Below, one piece after another: positions 27,357 to 38,393 of a DNA stretch of 62,160 bases. The stretch is from positions 1 to 62,160 of the forward strand of contig JBEKEO010000007.1 of assembly GCA_050013795.1 (NCBI GenBank). The letters run 5' to 3'. This stretch comes from Bacteroidales bacterium. GTDB lineage: Bacteria > Bacteroidota > Bacteroidia > Bacteroidales > CG2-30-32-10. Both the position numbers and the translations under genes were made by a program. Numbering within the stretch: position 1 is the first letter of the stretch; each line of letters begins with the position of its first letter. The notes beneath the pieces are model-generated. The model was not told the DNA's origin and searched no databases. It saw nothing but the letters and a program-made list of their open reading frames with translations.

Positions 27357-28655
27357 ATGGAATCATCAGAAATAGTTGTCGGTCTTGACATCGGCACAAC
27401 AAAAATTGCAGCCATAGTAGGTCGCAGGAACGAACATGGGAAAGTTGAAATCCTTGGCATCGGGAAATCTGAATCTATTGGCGTAACGCGTGGAGTGGTT
27501 GCGAATATTGAAAAAACAGTTCAATCTATCAAGGCTGCTGTTGAAGAAGCGGAACAAAAATCAGGAGTTAATATTTGTGTTATAAATGTTGGCATTGCAG
27601 GGCAGCATATTAAAAGCATACAGCATCGCGGCAATATTATGCGCAATTCTCTTGAAGATGAAATCAAGCAAGAGGATATTGATGTGCTGGTTGAAAACAT
27701 GTACAAACTGGTAATGCAGCCGGGAGAAGAAATAATCCATGTAATCCCTCAGGAATATATAGTGGACAAAGAACCCGGAATTAAGGATCCTGTTGGAATG
27801 TCGGGTATCTGCCTTGAAGCTAATTTTCATATTATCACAGGACAAGTAGCTGCAGCAAAAAATATTCATAAATGTGTAAGCAAAGCAGGACTTGAAGTAG
27901 CTGAACTTATATTAGAACCGCTTGCTTCCTCTGATGCAGTGCTGAGCGACGAAGAAAAAGAAGCCGGTGTAGTCCTGGTAGATATCGGAGGTGGAACAAC
28001 TGATATAGCAATTTTCCAGGATGGTATTATTCGCCATACAGCAGTAATTCCATTTGGCGGAAATGTTATAACCGAAGATATAAAAGAGGGATGTACCATT
28101 ATTCGTAGTCAGGCTGAAGCATTAAAAATAAAATTCGGCTCTGCACTTGCAAGTGAAAATAAAGACGAAGAGATTGTTTCTATACCTGGTTTAAGAGGAA
28201 GAGATCCGAAAGAAATATCATTGAAAAATCTTGCAAGCATTATTCAGGCCAGAGCTGAAGAGATTATTGAGCATATTTATTATGAAATAAAAAATTCAGG
28301 ATATGAAAAGAAGCTTATAGCAGGTATTGTGCTGACAGGTGGCGGCGCACAATTGAAACATATTGCTCAATTAACAGAATTCATTACCGGGATGGATACG
28401 AGAATAGGTTATCCGAACGAGCATCTTGCAAAAAATGTTTCTGAAGAAATTGCAAGCCCTATGTATGCTACCGGGGTTGGCTTAGTGATCAAAGGATTCG
28501 AACGCCTGGAAAAGCTTGAAAACAAAGATAAACAAACTGAAAAAGTAAAAGAAAAGAATACTGTTCAAACGCATTCAAAGAAAACAAAAGGAAGTTTCTT
28601 TGATAAAATATTTGCAAAAGGAAAAGAATTTTTTGAAGATGGAGGGAACAATTAA
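27357..28655 (+). CDS. ftsA: Cell-division protein FtsA
   Basis: 432 aa. Actin-fold phosphate motifs GLDIGTTKI and VDIGGGTTDIA. Confidence 0.93.
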   Translation: MESSEIVVGLDIGTTKIAAIVGRRNEHGKVEILGIGKSESIGVTRGVVANIEKTVQSIKAAVEEAEQKSGVNICVINVGIAGQHIKSIQHRGNIMRNSLEDEIKQEDIDVLVENMYKLVMQPGEEIIHVIPQEYIVDKEPGIKDPVGMSGICLEANFHIITGQVAAAKNIHKCVSKAGLEVAELILEPLASSDAVLSDEEKEAGVVLVDIGGGTTDIAIFQDGIIRHTAVIPFGGNVITEDIKEGCTIIRSQAEALKIKFGSALASENKDEEIVSIPGLRGRDPKEISLKNLASIIQARAEEIIEHIYYEIKNSGYEKKLIAGIVLTGGGAQLKHIAQLTEFITGMDTRIGYPNEHLAKNVSEEIASPMYATGVGLVIKGFERLEKLENKDKQTEKVKEKNTVQTHSKKTKGSFFDKIFAKGKEFFEDGGNN

Positions 28656-28765
28656 CTGATCGAAAAATATTAACATTTTGAACATTTTTCATGTTAATAA
28701 ATTATTAAATGCAGCAAGTCTAGTCACTATTCTATTATATACTTTTATCAAACTGAAATAATCCC

Positions 28766-30370
28766 ATGACAGAAATGTTACAATTCGAATTACCAAAAGG
28801 CCAATCCTCAATTATTAAAGTTATTGGAGTTGGCGGTGGAGGCAGCAATGCTGTCAACCATATGTTCAAACAGGGCATAGAAGGCGTTGATTTCATCGTT
28901 TGCAATACAGATTCGCAAGCGCTTGACAACAGTCCTGTGACAGTCAAAGTTCAAATTGGTGCCAGTTTGACTGAAGGGCGAGGCGCCGGTTCTATCCCTT
29001 CTGTCGGCAAAAATGCTGCCATCGAAAACATTGATCAGTTGAAATCACATCTTGAAAAAAACACCAAGATGTTGTTCATCACTGCCGGAATGGGTGGTGG
29101 TACCGGTACGGGTGCAGCTCCTGTAATTGCGGCCACTGCTAAAGAAATGGGAATACTTACCGTTGCAATTGTTACCATTCCTTTTGCATTTGAAGGAAGA
29201 AAAAGAAAGTTGCAGGCAGAAGAAGGTATCAAAGAATTAAGGAAAAATGTTGATACCTTACTTGTTATATGCAATGATAAATTAAGGGAACTTCACGGAA
29301 ATCTTTGTCTTTCCGAAGCATTCAGCAAGGCTGACAATATCCTTACCACTGCAGCAAAAGGCATTGCTGAAATTATTACTGTTCCCGGTTACATCAATGT
29401 TGATTTTGAAGATGTAAAGACCGTTATGAAAAACAGCGGTGTCGCTATTATGGGTTCAGGCTTTGCCGAAGGCGAAAACAGGGCAATCAAGGCTGTTGAA
29501 ATGGCATTAAATTCACCATTGCTGAATGATAACCAGATAAAAGGTGCAAGTAATATTTTACTTTATATCGCTTCGGGACAGGAAGAAATTAAAATGGATG
29601 AGGTCTCTGAAATCACCGAATATATTCAGAAAGAATCCGGCTCTACGGCTGAGATCATTTGGGGTAATGGCACTGACGAATCTCTGGGCAACCAGATAGG
29701 CGTTACATTAATTGCCACCGGTTTCGATTCTTCAGGAAACTTTGATTATGCTCCTGTAATGGTTAACACTAAACAAAAGGAAAAAGTAATACATCCTTTG
29801 GTAAATGAACTAAAAGAAGAGAAAAAAGAAACTGTGGCTGAACCAGTGAACACTGTTAAATCAGAAATTGAAGACTTAAATGATTTTACAATTACAACCA
29901 AGACCCCTGAAATGCCGGAGGTGAAAGAAGTAAAAAAGGAAGAGCCGAAAAAAGAATATACTATTTTCACCCTTGATGATGAGCTTGCAGCGGTTGTTAA
30001 AACACCGGAAGCCCAACCTGAGTTTGAAGAAAATAAAGCCAATGAACCTTTTCTGATTACTAATGCAGAAAAACAAGCTGAAACAAAACCTCTTCCAAAG
30101 GAAGAAACACTTTTCGATATAAATCCGGAAGTGCAGAGAAAAAGCCAGGAGCGCATAAAAAAGCTTAAGGACCTCAGCATGAAGATAAAGACAGCACAGG
30201 GAGTTAAAGACCTTGAAAACGAGCCTGCATACCTCAGAAGGAATGTTACTTTATCAAATGTAACTCCCTCTTCCGAATCGCATGTTTCGCGCTATTCCCT
30301 GTCGGAAGATGAAGATAAGAAAACCGAACTGAAACAAAACAATTCGTATCTGCACGATAACGTTGATTAA
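28766..30370 (+). CDS. ftsZ: Cell-division GTPase FtsZ with a long disordered C-terminal linker
   Basis: 534 aa. GVGGGGSNAV, tubulin signature GGGTGTGAAPV, NTD. Confidence 0.96.
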   Translation: MTEMLQFELPKGQSSIIKVIGVGGGGSNAVNHMFKQGIEGVDFIVCNTDSQALDNSPVTVKVQIGASLTEGRGAGSIPSVGKNAAIENIDQLKSHLEKNTKMLFITAGMGGGTGTGAAPVIAATAKEMGILTVAIVTIPFAFEGRKRKLQAEEGIKELRKNVDTLLVICNDKLRELHGNLCLSEAFSKADNILTTAAKGIAEIITVPGYINVDFEDVKTVMKNSGVAIMGSGFAEGENRAIKAVEMALNSPLLNDNQIKGASNILLYIASGQEEIKMDEVSEITEYIQKESGSTAEIIWGNGTDESLGNQIGVTLIATGFDSSGNFDYAPVMVNTKQKEKVIHPLVNELKEEKKETVAEPVNTVKSEIEDLNDFTITTKTPEMPEVKEVKKEEPKKEYTIFTLDDELAAVVKTPEAQPEFEENKANEPFLITNAEKQAETKPLPKEETLFDINPEVQRKSQERIKKLKDLSMKIKTAQGVKDLENEPAYLRRNVTLSNVTPSSESHVSRYSLSEDEDKKTELKQNNSYLHDNVD

Positions 30371-30388
30371 TTTATCATTTATTTTATT

Positions 30389-30832
30389 ATGAGTTTAGTT
30401 GATAAGATAAATGCCGACATTAAAACAGCCATGCTGGCAAAGGAAGCCCAGCGGCTGGAAGCATTGCGCGCCATTAAAGCCGAATTGCTGCTTGCCAATA
30501 CTTCGGGACAGGCTGTTACAGAAGACACTGAAATAAAAATTCTTCAGAAGCTGATAAAACAGCGGAAAGAAGCGGCTGAAATATTTGCAGCGAACAAGCG
30601 CGAGGATCTAGCTGCCCACGACCTTTTCCAGGCTGAAGTAACTCAGGAATATCTTCCCAAGCAAATGAGCGAAGATGAACTTATTGCTTTACTAAAAAAC
30701 ATTATTACCCAGACAGGCGCTGCCGGAATAAAGGACATGGGCAAGGTTATGGGTATGGCTTCAAAGCAACTTGCAGGGAAAGCCGACAATAAAGTAGTTT
30801 CGGAAATTGTAAAGAAATTACTTGGTGCTTAA
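30389..30832 (+). CDS. GatB/YqeY domain protein
   Basis: 147 aa. N-terminal I..D.K.AMLAKE..RL..LR.IK pattern typical of YqeY. Confidence 0.85.
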   Translation: MSLVDKINADIKTAMLAKEAQRLEALRAIKAELLLANTSGQAVTEDTEIKILQKLIKQRKEAAEIFAANKREDLAAHDLFQAEVTQEYLPKQMSEDELIALLKNIITQTGAAGIKDMGKVMGMASKQLAGKADNKVVSEIVKKLLGA

Positions 30833-30852
30833 TTGATTTTTTGTGCTTGTTC

Positions 30853-30880
30853 AACCGGCTTGTTATAAGCCGGTTTTTTA
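30853..30880 (+). terminator. Rho-independent terminator ending the dcw/yqeY transcription unit
   Basis: aaccggctt-gttat-aagccggtt, a 9-bp perfect stem, followed by a T run. Confidence 0.75.
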
Positions 30881-30994
30881 TTCTTTCATAAACTTCCTCT
30901 CGTTTAATCTATTTTAGGTTTTAATTCTCTCTTATTATTCTTTTTTATTTAATTTTATAAGCTTCTTATTTCAAAAACTTCGAACTAATATTAC

Positions 30995-32038
30995 ATGAGG
31001 GTTAACGGGAAAGATTACCGCACTGTATGGATGGAAGGCAGCGATGTTTATCTTATTGAGCAAAACCTGCTTCCTTTTGAATTCAGGATATATGAAGCCA
31101 AGACTTATAAAGACAGCTGTGATGCCATAAAGACCATGCTGGTTCGCGGAGCGGGTGCAATAGGCGCTGCGGCGGGATTTGCCATGGCACAGGCTGCAAT
31201 GGAAGCGGGAAATGATTTTACCGATTTTATCACCCTTGCAAAGAAAGAAATAGAAGATACCCGTCCTACCGCGCAAAACTTGTTTTATGCCGTGAACAGG
31301 GTATATCAGGCTGCCCTTATTTCAAAGGAAGATGCCATAAAAGAAGCACAGAAGATTGCCGATGAAGATGCTTCTTCCAGCAGGAAGATAGGAGAATATG
31401 GGAATGCATTAATAAAAGACGGGATGCACATACTTACCCACTGTAATGCCGGATGGCTTGCCTTTGTGGATTATGGCACTGCCCTCTCCCCTGTTTATAC
31501 CGCACATCGTTCGGGCAAGAATGTTTTTGTATATGTGGATGAAACCCGCCCCAGGAGTCAGGGTGCAAGGCTTACAGCATGGGAGCTGAAGAACGAAAAT
31601 GTTCCTCATAGCATAGTCCCTGATAATGCAGGGGCTTACCTCATGTCGAAAGGTGATGTGAGCATGGTGATAGTGGGCGCAGACAGGATTGCTGCCAACG
31701 GAGATGTTGCCAATAAGATAGGCACTTTTGAGAAAGCCATCATAGCAAAGGAATTCAATGTGCCTTTCTATGTGGCAGCCCCTTCATCAACTATCGACAT
31801 GAATTGTCCTTCCGGAAAGAACATCCCGATTGAGCAAAGAAACATGAATGAAGTTTTGTACCAGACAGGCGTGGATAAGGAGAATAATCTTCATGAAGTG
31901 CTGGTGTGTTCTCCCGGTTCTGAAGCTATTAATCCTGCATTCGATGTAACCCCGGCAAAATATATTACCGGAATAATTACTGAGAAAGGGATCATTAAGG
32001 CTGATGAAAAATCTATTTTCAATTTAATGAAAAACTAA
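30995..32038 (+). CDS. mtnA: S-methyl-5-thioribose-1-phosphate isomerase (eIF-2B alpha/beta/delta-like family)
   Basis: 347 aa. VRGAGAIG and GADRIAANGDVANKIGT motifs. Confidence 0.85.
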   Translation: MRVNGKDYRTVWMEGSDVYLIEQNLLPFEFRIYEAKTYKDSCDAIKTMLVRGAGAIGAAAGFAMAQAAMEAGNDFTDFITLAKKEIEDTRPTAQNLFYAVNRVYQAALISKEDAIKEAQKIADEDASSSRKIGEYGNALIKDGMHILTHCNAGWLAFVDYGTALSPVYTAHRSGKNVFVYVDETRPRSQGARLTAWELKNENVPHSIVPDNAGAYLMSKGDVSMVIVGADRIAANGDVANKIGTFEKAIIAKEFNVPFYVAAPSSTIDMNCPSGKNIPIEQRNMNEVLYQTGVDKENNLHEVLVCSPGSEAINPAFDVTPAKYITGIITEKGIIKADEKSIFNLMKN

Positions 32039-32041
32039 CCA

Positions 32042-32641
32042 ATGGCCGAGGAATACGGTGGTGTAAAATTCAGGTCTGTTGTAAAGGACGCGCCTCCTCC
32101 TTATGACAAAAGACTGAATGAACTGCGCCAGTGGTGCAAAGTATTTCACGAAAGGAACCTTACTCCGCCTTATCCCGGGGGTTCTTATGGCAATCTTAGT
32201 TTCAGGATAAAACCCGGCGATAATAGTTTTATCATTACAGGCACCAGTATAGGACTTAAAGATGCCCTTGATGACAGCAGCTTTGTGAAGGTTACTTCCT
32301 GTGACCTTGAAAAGAAGATAGTGTATGCCGAAGGAAAAAGATGCCCGTCTTCAGAAAGCATGTTACATTATTCTATTTACAATGCAAGGCCTTATGTGCA
32401 GGCAGTTTTTCACGGTCATGCAAAAGAATTCCTTACCAATGCAGTCAACCTCAATTGCCCCGAAACGGCGACTGTTGAACCTTATGGTTCAATTGAACTT
32501 GTTAACAGCGTACTTGCGATATTAGGATACCAGAATTTCTTTATTATAAAGAATCATGGCTTTGTTTCCCTTGGCAATTCAATGAAGGAAACAGGAGAGC
32601 GATGCCTTGAATTATTGAACGGGTATTATAACGCAATCTGA
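32042..32641 (+). CDS. Class II aldolase/adducin-family protein (MtnB-like dehydratase candidate)
   Basis: 199 aa. SESMLHYSIY and FHGHA metal-ligand region. Adjacent to mtnA. Confidence 0.7.
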   Translation: MAEEYGGVKFRSVVKDAPPPYDKRLNELRQWCKVFHERNLTPPYPGGSYGNLSFRIKPGDNSFIITGTSIGLKDALDDSSFVKVTSCDLEKKIVYAEGKRCPSSESMLHYSIYNARPYVQAVFHGHAKEFLTNAVNLNCPETATVEPYGSIELVNSVLAILGYQNFFIIKNHGFVSLGNSMKETGERCLELLNGYYNAI

Positions 32642-32662
32642 ATTTTTTTCTTTATTATGTAA

Positions 32663-32811
32663 CAGGTCGCCCCAATGGGGCTTTCTTTTAATGAATAAAT
32701 ATTTTCTATAAACAGATCGTCCCTCTGGGACTAAACAATGCAAACTCCGAAGGAGTGAACTGTTTATAGAATCAATTGCAAATGCTATATTAGCCCCATA
32801 GGGGCGACCTG
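32663..32811. repeat. BIME-like cluster of four REP-type hairpins in nested inverted orientation
   Basis: CAG-GTC-GCCCC-aat-GGGGC (32663-32682); TATAAACAG-ATC-GTCCC-tct-GGGAC (32707-32731); ACTCC-gaa-GGAGT-GAA-CTGTTTATA (32744-32769); GCCCC-ata-GGGGC-GAC-CTG (32792-32811). The outer and inner pairs are reverse complements of each other. Confidence 0.75.
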
Positions 32812-32903
32812 AATTAGTAAGTAAAAATGTTAAGAAAAGTTGAATTTTATCTAATTTGGAATAATCTCTCAGGTCAGATTTTTTATCGGGCAGCTATTTC
32901 ACT

Positions 32904-35900
32904 TTATTCGTTCTTCCCGTGGCATTGCTTGTATTTCTTGCCGCTTCCGCAGGGACAAGGATCATTACGTCCCACTTTCTTTTCCACTCTTACAGGTTCA
33001 GCCCTTCGTTGTTCAGGCTCTTTATTAGCCTGTCCGCTATCACTTCCGCCTCCTATATCGCTGCGCCCTGTGCGAAGTTTGCTCATATCGGTCCTTTCAG
33101 GAGCTCTGGCATCTTTTACGTTTTCAGGATCGTTAACCGGAATATTCCCTTTGAAAAGGAAGGAAATAACATCCTTATTCACTTTCTGGATCATTTTCTT
33201 GAAAAGGTCAAACGATTCGAACTTGTATATCAGCAAAGGATCTTTTTGCTCATAGGTGGCATTCTGAACTGATTGTTTCAGGTCATCAAGTTCGCGCAAA
33301 TGCTCTTTCCATTCGTCGTCGATAATAGCCAGAGAAAGGCCTTTTTCAATAGCAAGGATTATTTCTTTTCCTTTGGTTTCGTATGCACGTTTTATATTTG
33401 CCAGCACCTGCAATGTTTTTAACCCATCGGTAACCGGAATGGCAATATTTTCATATTTGTTCAGGTGATTCTCAAAGATATCCTTAATGATAGGGAACAC
33501 CCGCTGACTGGTGAATTCCTGTTTTTCCTTATAGAATTTCCTAACTTGAACATCAATAGCGTTTGTAATTTCCTCGGCATTCATTTCGAAGAATTCTTTC
33601 TCACTTAAGTTTACTTCGGTTGCAAATACACGAAGTATCTCGAGTTTAAACCCTTCAAAATCGCGTTCCTCCTGGAAATCCATAACAATGTTTTCACAAA
33701 CATCGTACATCATGTTTGCCAGGTCAATAGAAAGTCTGTCACCAAATAATGCATTACGGCGCTTTGTATAGATCACATCGCGCTGCTGGTTCATTACATC
33801 ATCATATTCCAGCAGACGTTTACGTATGCCGAAGTTATTCTCCTCAACTTTTTTCTGTGCTCTTTCTATAGCTTTAGTGATCATGGAATGCTGAATCACT
33901 TCTCCTTCTTTAAGTCCGAGCCTATCCATCATGCTTGCAATTCTTTCAGAACCGAACAAACGCATCAGGTCATCTTCAAGCGAAACAAAGAATTGAGAAG
34001 TTCCCGGGTCTCCCTGACGACCGGAACGACCTCTTAACTGCCTGTCAACACGGCGTGATTCATGTCTTTCTGTGCCAATGATGGCTAAACCACCTGCATC
34101 TTTTACACCAGGTCCTAGTTTAATATCTGTACCACGACCTGCCATATTCGTAGCAATAGTTACTGTACCTGCTTTACCTGCTTCAAGAACAATTTCAGCT
34201 TCACGCTGATGTAATTTTGCATTCAATACATTATGCTTGATATTCTTCATCTTAAGCATACGGCTAAGTAATTCGGAAATTTCGACAGAGGTAGTACCAA
34301 CAAGTGCAGGGCGTCCGGCTTTAACAAGCCTGACAATCTCTTCGATTACTGCGTTGTATTTTTCACGTTTGGTTTTATAAACTAAGTCTTGCTCGTCCTT
34401 TCTCACCACCAAGCGATTGGTAGGAATTACCACCACATCCAATTTATAAATATCCCAGAATTCACCGGCTTCTGTTTCTGCAGTACCTGTCATACCGGCA
34501 AGCTTAGTGTACATACGGAAATAATTCTGAAGCGTTATAGTGGCATAAGTTTGTGTTGCTGCCTCAACTTTAACATTTTCCTTTGCTTCAATGGCCTGAT
34601 GCAAACCATCGGAATAACGACGGCCCTCAAGTATACGGCCAGTTTGCTCGTCTACTATCTTTACTTTGTTATCCATGATGACGTACTCTGTATCTTTCTC
34701 AAACAAGGTATAAGCTTTGAGGAGCTGGTTAGCAGAGTGGATGCGGTCAGACTTTAAAGAAAAATCCTGCATAAGCACATTTTTCTTTTCAAGTTTCTCC
34801 TGTGGAGTATGATTCGATTTTTCCAGTTCGGCAATATGCGCACCTACATCGGGTATAATAAAGAATTTGGGATCATCAGTAAAACCAGTTACAAAATCAA
34901 TTCCTTTGTCGGTAAGCTGTATAGTATTATTCTTTTCATCAATAACAAAATAAAGTTCATCATCAACGATATGCATATTCTTTTCATGCTCAGCAAGGTA
35001 GAAGTTCTCTGTTTTCTGCATCAGAACTCGCATTCCCTGCTCACTAAGGAATTTTATCAGTGCTTTATTTTTAGGCAAACCCCTGAATGCCCTGAACAGA
35101 AGCTTACTTCCTTCTTTTTCGTTTTCAGGTTTTGAAGAATCGTTCAAAAGTCTTTTAGATTCGGCAAGTATATTTGTTACAAGGGAGCGTTGTGCATTAT
35201 ATATTTTTTCAATGATAGGCCTCAGGTCCATATATTCCTGCTTATCACCTTTTGGCGTAGGGCCAGAAATAATAAGAGGAGTTCTGGCATCATCGATCAA
35301 TACCGAGTCGACCTCATCGACTATGGCATAATTATGTTTTCGCTGAACAAGTTCTTCGGGACTTCGTGCCATATTATCACGCAGGTAATCAAAGCCGAAT
35401 TCATTATTTGTTCCGTATGTAATGTCAGCAAAATAGGCATTTCGGCGTTCATCTGAATTCGGTTCATGATTGTCGATGCAGTCCACTTTCAATCCATGAA
35501 ATTCAAACAGCATTCCCATCCATTCCGAGTCACGACGGGCAAGGTAATCGTTAACGGTAACAACATGTACACCTTTTCCCGGCAATGCATTCAGGTACAT
35601 AGGCAATGTTGCAACAAGTGTTTTACCTTCACCTGTAGCCATTTCAGATATTTTTCCCTGATGAAGTACAATACCGCCTATCAGCTGCACATCATAATGA
35701 ACCATATCCCAGGTGATCAAATTTCCCCCGGCTATCCAATTGTTTTTATATAAAGCTTTATCTCCTTTGATCTCAATACTGGGGTGATGCGCGGCAAGGT
35801 CACAGTCCATCTGAGTAGCCGTTACCTCTACTATTTCATTTTCTTTGAATCTCTTTGCTGTTTCTTTCATTACTGAAAAAGCTCCGGGAAGAATCTCAAG

Positions 35901-36212
35901 TAAAATCTCTTCTATCTTTTTTGAAATAACTTTTTCTAATTTGTCTATGCTCTGGTATATCTTTTCTTTTTCTTCGTTTTCAATATCAAGGTCATTTTCA
36001 AGCCTGTCGCGGAGCGCTTTAATTTCTTTATCCTCTTCTTCCATAAACAAAGCAATACGGGCTTTAAATTCAATGGTCTTCTGGCGAAGCTCATCATTCG
36101 ACAATTTTGTTATGATTTGATATTCTTCGTGTATCTTATTTACAAGAGGTGTAACGGACTTTATATCCCTGTCGGATTTGCTTCCGAACATTTTTTTCAG
36201 TGTACCTAACAT
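32904..36212 (-). CDS. secA: Preprotein translocase ATPase SecA
   Basis: 1102 aa. [11 protein letters not shown] Walker [22 protein letters not shown]-terminal zinc motif [14 protein letters not shown]. Confidence 0.96.
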   Translation of the reverse strand: MLGTLKKMFGSKSDRDIKSVTPLVNKIHEEYQIITKLSNDELRQKTIEFKARIALFMEEEDKEIKALRDRLENDLDIENEEKEKIYQSIDKLEKVISKKIEEILLEILPGAFSVMKETAKRFKENEIVEVTATQMDCDLAAHHPSIEIKGDKALYKNNWIAGGNLITWDMVHYDVQLIGGIVLHQGKISEMATGEGKTLVATLPMYLNALPGKGVHVVTVNDYLARRDSEWMGMLFEFHGLKVDCIDNHEPNSDERRNAYFADITYGTNNEFGFDYLRDNMARSPEELVQRKHNYAIVDEVDSVLIDDARTPLIISGPTPKGDKQEYMDLRPIIEKIYNAQRSLVTNILAESKRLLNDSSKPENEKEGSKLLFRAFRGLPKNKALIKFLSEQGMRVLMQKTENFYLAEHEKNMHIVDDELYFVIDEKNNTIQLTDKGIDFVTGFTDDPKFFIIPDVGAHIAELEKSNHTPQEKLEKKNVLMQDFSLKSDRIHSANQLLKAYTLFEKDTEYVIMDNKVKIVDEQTGRILEGRRYSDGLHQAIEAKENVKVEAATQTYATITLQNYFRMYTKLAGMTGTAETEAGEFWDIYKLDVVVIPTNRLVVRKDEQDLVYKTKREKYNAVIEEIVRLVKAGRPALVGTTSVEISELLSRMLKMKNIKHNVLNAKLHQREAEIVLEAGKAGTVTIATNMAGRGTDIKLGPGVKDAGGLAIIGTERHESRRVDRQLRGRSGRQGDPGTSQFFVSLEDDLMRLFGSERIASMMDRLGLKEGEVIQHSMITKAIERAQKKVEENNFGIRKRLLEYDDVMNQQRDVIYTKRRNALFGDRLSIDLANMMYDVCENIVMDFQEERDFEGFKLEILRVFATEVNLSEKEFFEMNAEEITNAIDVQVRKFYKEKQEFTSQRVFPIIKDIFENHLNKYENIAIPVTDGLKTLQVLANIKRAYETKGKEIILAIEKGLSLAIIDDEWKEHLRELDDLKQSVQNATYEQKDPLLIYKFESFDLFKKMIQKVNKDVISFLFKGNIPVNDPENVKDARAPERTDMSKLRTGRSDIGGGSDSGQANKEPEQRRAEPVRVEKKVGRNDPCPCGSGKKYKQCHGKNE

Positions 36213-36350
36213 GTTAATCTAATATTTTAAAACTCTTTACTTATTATGCAAAAATACATTAAATAAAATGAATTTATTTGCATTGGAATTAAAATAATGC
36301 CGTATAATGCTAAAGACAAATGCATAAAATCTAATCTATCTTATACTAAC

Positions 36351-36381
36351 AAAAAAGCCACTGTTAATAAGTGGCTTTTTC
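36351..36381 (-). terminator. Rho-independent terminator after the DUF2795 gene (hairpin flanked by A/T runs on both strands)
   Basis: aaaaaAGCCACtgttaataaGTGGCTtttt. Confidence 0.65.
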
Positions 36382-36398
36382 ATTTGTCTTTTTTTAAG

Positions 36399-36620
36399 TT
36401 AATACTCATCTTCATGAAAGAAGAAATCATCTTTTGTCGGATAATCCGGCCAGATATCTTCGATGCTTTCATAGACCTCCCCCTCATCTTCTATTTCCTG
36501 AAGGTTCTCTATTACTTCCATGGGGGCACCTGACCTGATAGCAAAATCTATCAGTTCCTCCTTGGTTGCTGGCCAGGGAGCATCCTCAAGTTTCGAAGCT
36601 AATTCAAGTGTCCAATACAT
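36399..36620 (-). CDS. DUF2795-family small protein
   Basis: 73 aa. WPATKEELIDFAIRSGAPMEVIENL matches the DUF2795 core. Confidence 0.65.
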   Translation of the reverse strand: MYWTLELASKLEDAPWPATKEELIDFAIRSGAPMEVIENLQEIEDEGEVYESIEDIWPDYPTKDDFFFHEDEY

Positions 36621-36797
36621 TTATAGCTTTTTTTAAATTTTATGCAAAAATATACTTTAATAAATAAAAGTCAAGAAAAAAATGACATTTCTGATATTTA
36701 ATTGTAATTGTCTTATGCTTAGGCTATTATTAGCGTTATATATCGAAATATTAACTAAAAAAACAAAATATTGCACTTATATATTTGTATAATCCGA

Positions 36798-37562
36798 TCA
36801 ATTTCTTCTGAATTCATAGCATACTACTGCAGCGGCTATAGAAGCATTTAATGATTCGGGATTGTTTTCCTGTTGCATACGATGAGAAGGGATGAATATT
36901 CTTTTCTGAATAAATGGAATTAATTCCGCGGAAACCCCTTTGGCTTCATTACCAATTACTATAATAGCTGCAGGTTCTGGCTTAATGTTCTTAATATTAT
37001 CGCCATCCATAAAAGTACCGTAAATACTTGCCTTCCCTTTTATTTCTTTAAATAATGCAACAAGGTCAGTATAATAAACATTTACCCTTGCCACGGAACC
37101 CATGGTAGCCTGTATAACCTTAGGGTTATAAATATCAACCGATTCTTCGGAACAAATAATATTACTAATCCCGAACCAGTCAGCTGTACGTATAATGGTT
37201 CCAAGATTTCCCGGATCTTTTATATCATCAAGAACAAGAATAAGTTCCTTTCCAAAAATATTCTGAGGAATGTTTTCTTCGGGCATTTTTAAAACAGCCA
37301 ATACATTATTAGGAGTAACCAATCCGCTAATTCGCTCCATTTCCTTGCTTGAGATTTCAGTAAAAGGGATTTCTTTTTTCAGTAAACTTTCAGCATTGTT
37401 GTTAAACCATTCTTTTTTAGCATATACACCAGCAAATGAAAATTTGCTGTCTATCAGTTCCTCAACAAGTTTTGGCCCTTCGGCAACAAATTGGTTAAAC
37501 TCCCGGCGGAATTTTTTCTGTTGCAGAGATTTGATATGTTTTATCTCGTTCTGAGTAAGCAT
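36798..37562 (-). CDS. TrmH/SpoU-family RNA 2'-O-methyltransferase
   Basis: 254 aa. SpoU motifs DPGNLGTIIRTADWFG, IGNEAKGVS, ESLNASIAAAV. Confidence 0.8.
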   Translation of the reverse strand: MLTQNEIKHIKSLQQKKFRREFNQFVAEGPKLVEELIDSKFSFAGVYAKKEWFNNNAESLLKKEIPFTEISSKEMERISGLVTPNNVLAVLKMPEENIPQNIFGKELILVLDDIKDPGNLGTIIRTADWFGISNIICSEESVDIYNPKVIQATMGSVARVNVYYTDLVALFKEIKGKASIYGTFMDGDNIKNIKPEPAAIIVIGNEAKGVSAELIPFIQKRIFIPSHRMQQENNPESLNASIAAAVVCYEFRRN

Positions 37563-37577
37563 TTTATTTACGAAGAA

Positions 37578-37606
37578 TAAAAAACCTGTATGGTCTACAT
37601 ACAGGT
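37578..37606 (-). terminator. Rho-independent terminator after rplI
   Basis: Minus strand reads ACCTGTATG-tagac-CATACAGGT followed by TTTTTT. Confidence 0.7.
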
Positions 37607-37630
37607 AAAAGGAAAATATAATAGCGGTTA

Positions 37631-38080
37631 TTATTCAGCTATTACCTCAAATTTAACTTCAAGTTTAACTTCTTTATGAAGGTTCACCTTTGCTGAATAT
37701 GTTCCAAGTTCTTTTATTGAATCGCCGTCAACAATGATCTTCTTACGGTCGATTTCATAATTGAACTGCTTCAGTATAGCATCGGCAATTTGCAAGGCAT
37801 TTACCGAGCCAAATATTTTGCCGGAAGTCCCTGCTTTTGCACCTATTTTCAATGTTATATTCTGAAGACCTTCGGCAATTTTTTGAGCTTCTTTCTTAAT
37901 CTTCTCATCTTTAAAAGCTCTTTGCTTCTGTGTTTCTGTAACGATTTTTTTATTCGTTTCAGTGGCTGTTATTGCCAATCCTTTTGGGATAAGGTAATTT
38001 CTGCCATAGCCATTTTTTACCTTTATAACGTCGTTTTTATATCCGAGGTTATGTATGTCTTGTTTTAGTATAACTTCCAT
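37631..38080 (-). CDS. rplI: 50S ribosomal protein L9
   Basis: 149 aa. MEVILKQD..NLG..G....VK.GY.RNYLIP.G.A start. Confidence 0.93.
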   Translation of the reverse strand: MEVILKQDIHNLGYKNDVIKVKNGYGRNYLIPKGLAITATETNKKIVTETQKQRAFKDEKIKKEAQKIAEGLQNITLKIGAKAGTSGKIFGSVNALQIADAILKQFNYEIDRKKIIVDGDSIKELGTYSAKVNLHKEVKLEVKFEVIAE

Positions 38081-38092
38081 CGTAAGTCCTCC

Positions 38093-38362
38093 TTATTTTA
38101 ATAAATCACCAACGTAAGGTAATAATGCGATATGCCTTGCTTTTTTAACAGCCTGAGCAATTTTCCTCTGATATTTATCCGAAGTCCCCGTTATTCTTTT
38201 AGGAAGTATCTTTCCCTGCTCATTAATAAACTTCAGCAGGAAGTCGGCATCTTTATAATCAATATATTTTATTCCGCTTTTCTTAAAACGGCAATATTTC
38301 TTCTTCTTAACATCAACGTTAATTGGAGTAAGATATCTTATTTCTGAATTTGCTGCACTCAT
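38093..38362 (-). CDS. rpsR: 30S ribosomal protein S18
   Basis: 89 aa. YIDYKD...L..FI...GKILP.R.TG......R....A.K.AR..ALLPY pattern. Confidence 0.93.
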   Translation of the reverse strand: MSAANSEIRYLTPINVDVKKKKYCRFKKSGIKYIDYKDADFLLKFINEQGKILPKRITGTSDKYQRKIAQAVKKARHIALLPYVGDLLK

Positions 38363-38393
38363 TTTTTTCTCTTTTTTGGATTAATGAATTGGT

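Noticed and set aside
29746-30180. 144-aa ORF antisense to the ftsZ C-terminal linker.
   Set aside because: It is the Ser/Phe-rich low-complexity mirror of the Glu/Lys-rich linker. It lies within a confident gene.
30881-30994. Looked for riboswitches: SAM upstream of mtnA, FMN upstream of ribE (44717-44737) and cobalamin upstream of the receptor operon (51491-51634).
   Set aside because: The leaders are too short or too AT-rich. None of the conserved cores of those riboswitch classes is visible.
32827-33272. Two plus-strand ORFs (142 and 117 aa) at the 3' end of secA.
   Set aside because: They are antisense to the secA C-terminal region, which includes its conserved zinc motif. No independent support exists.
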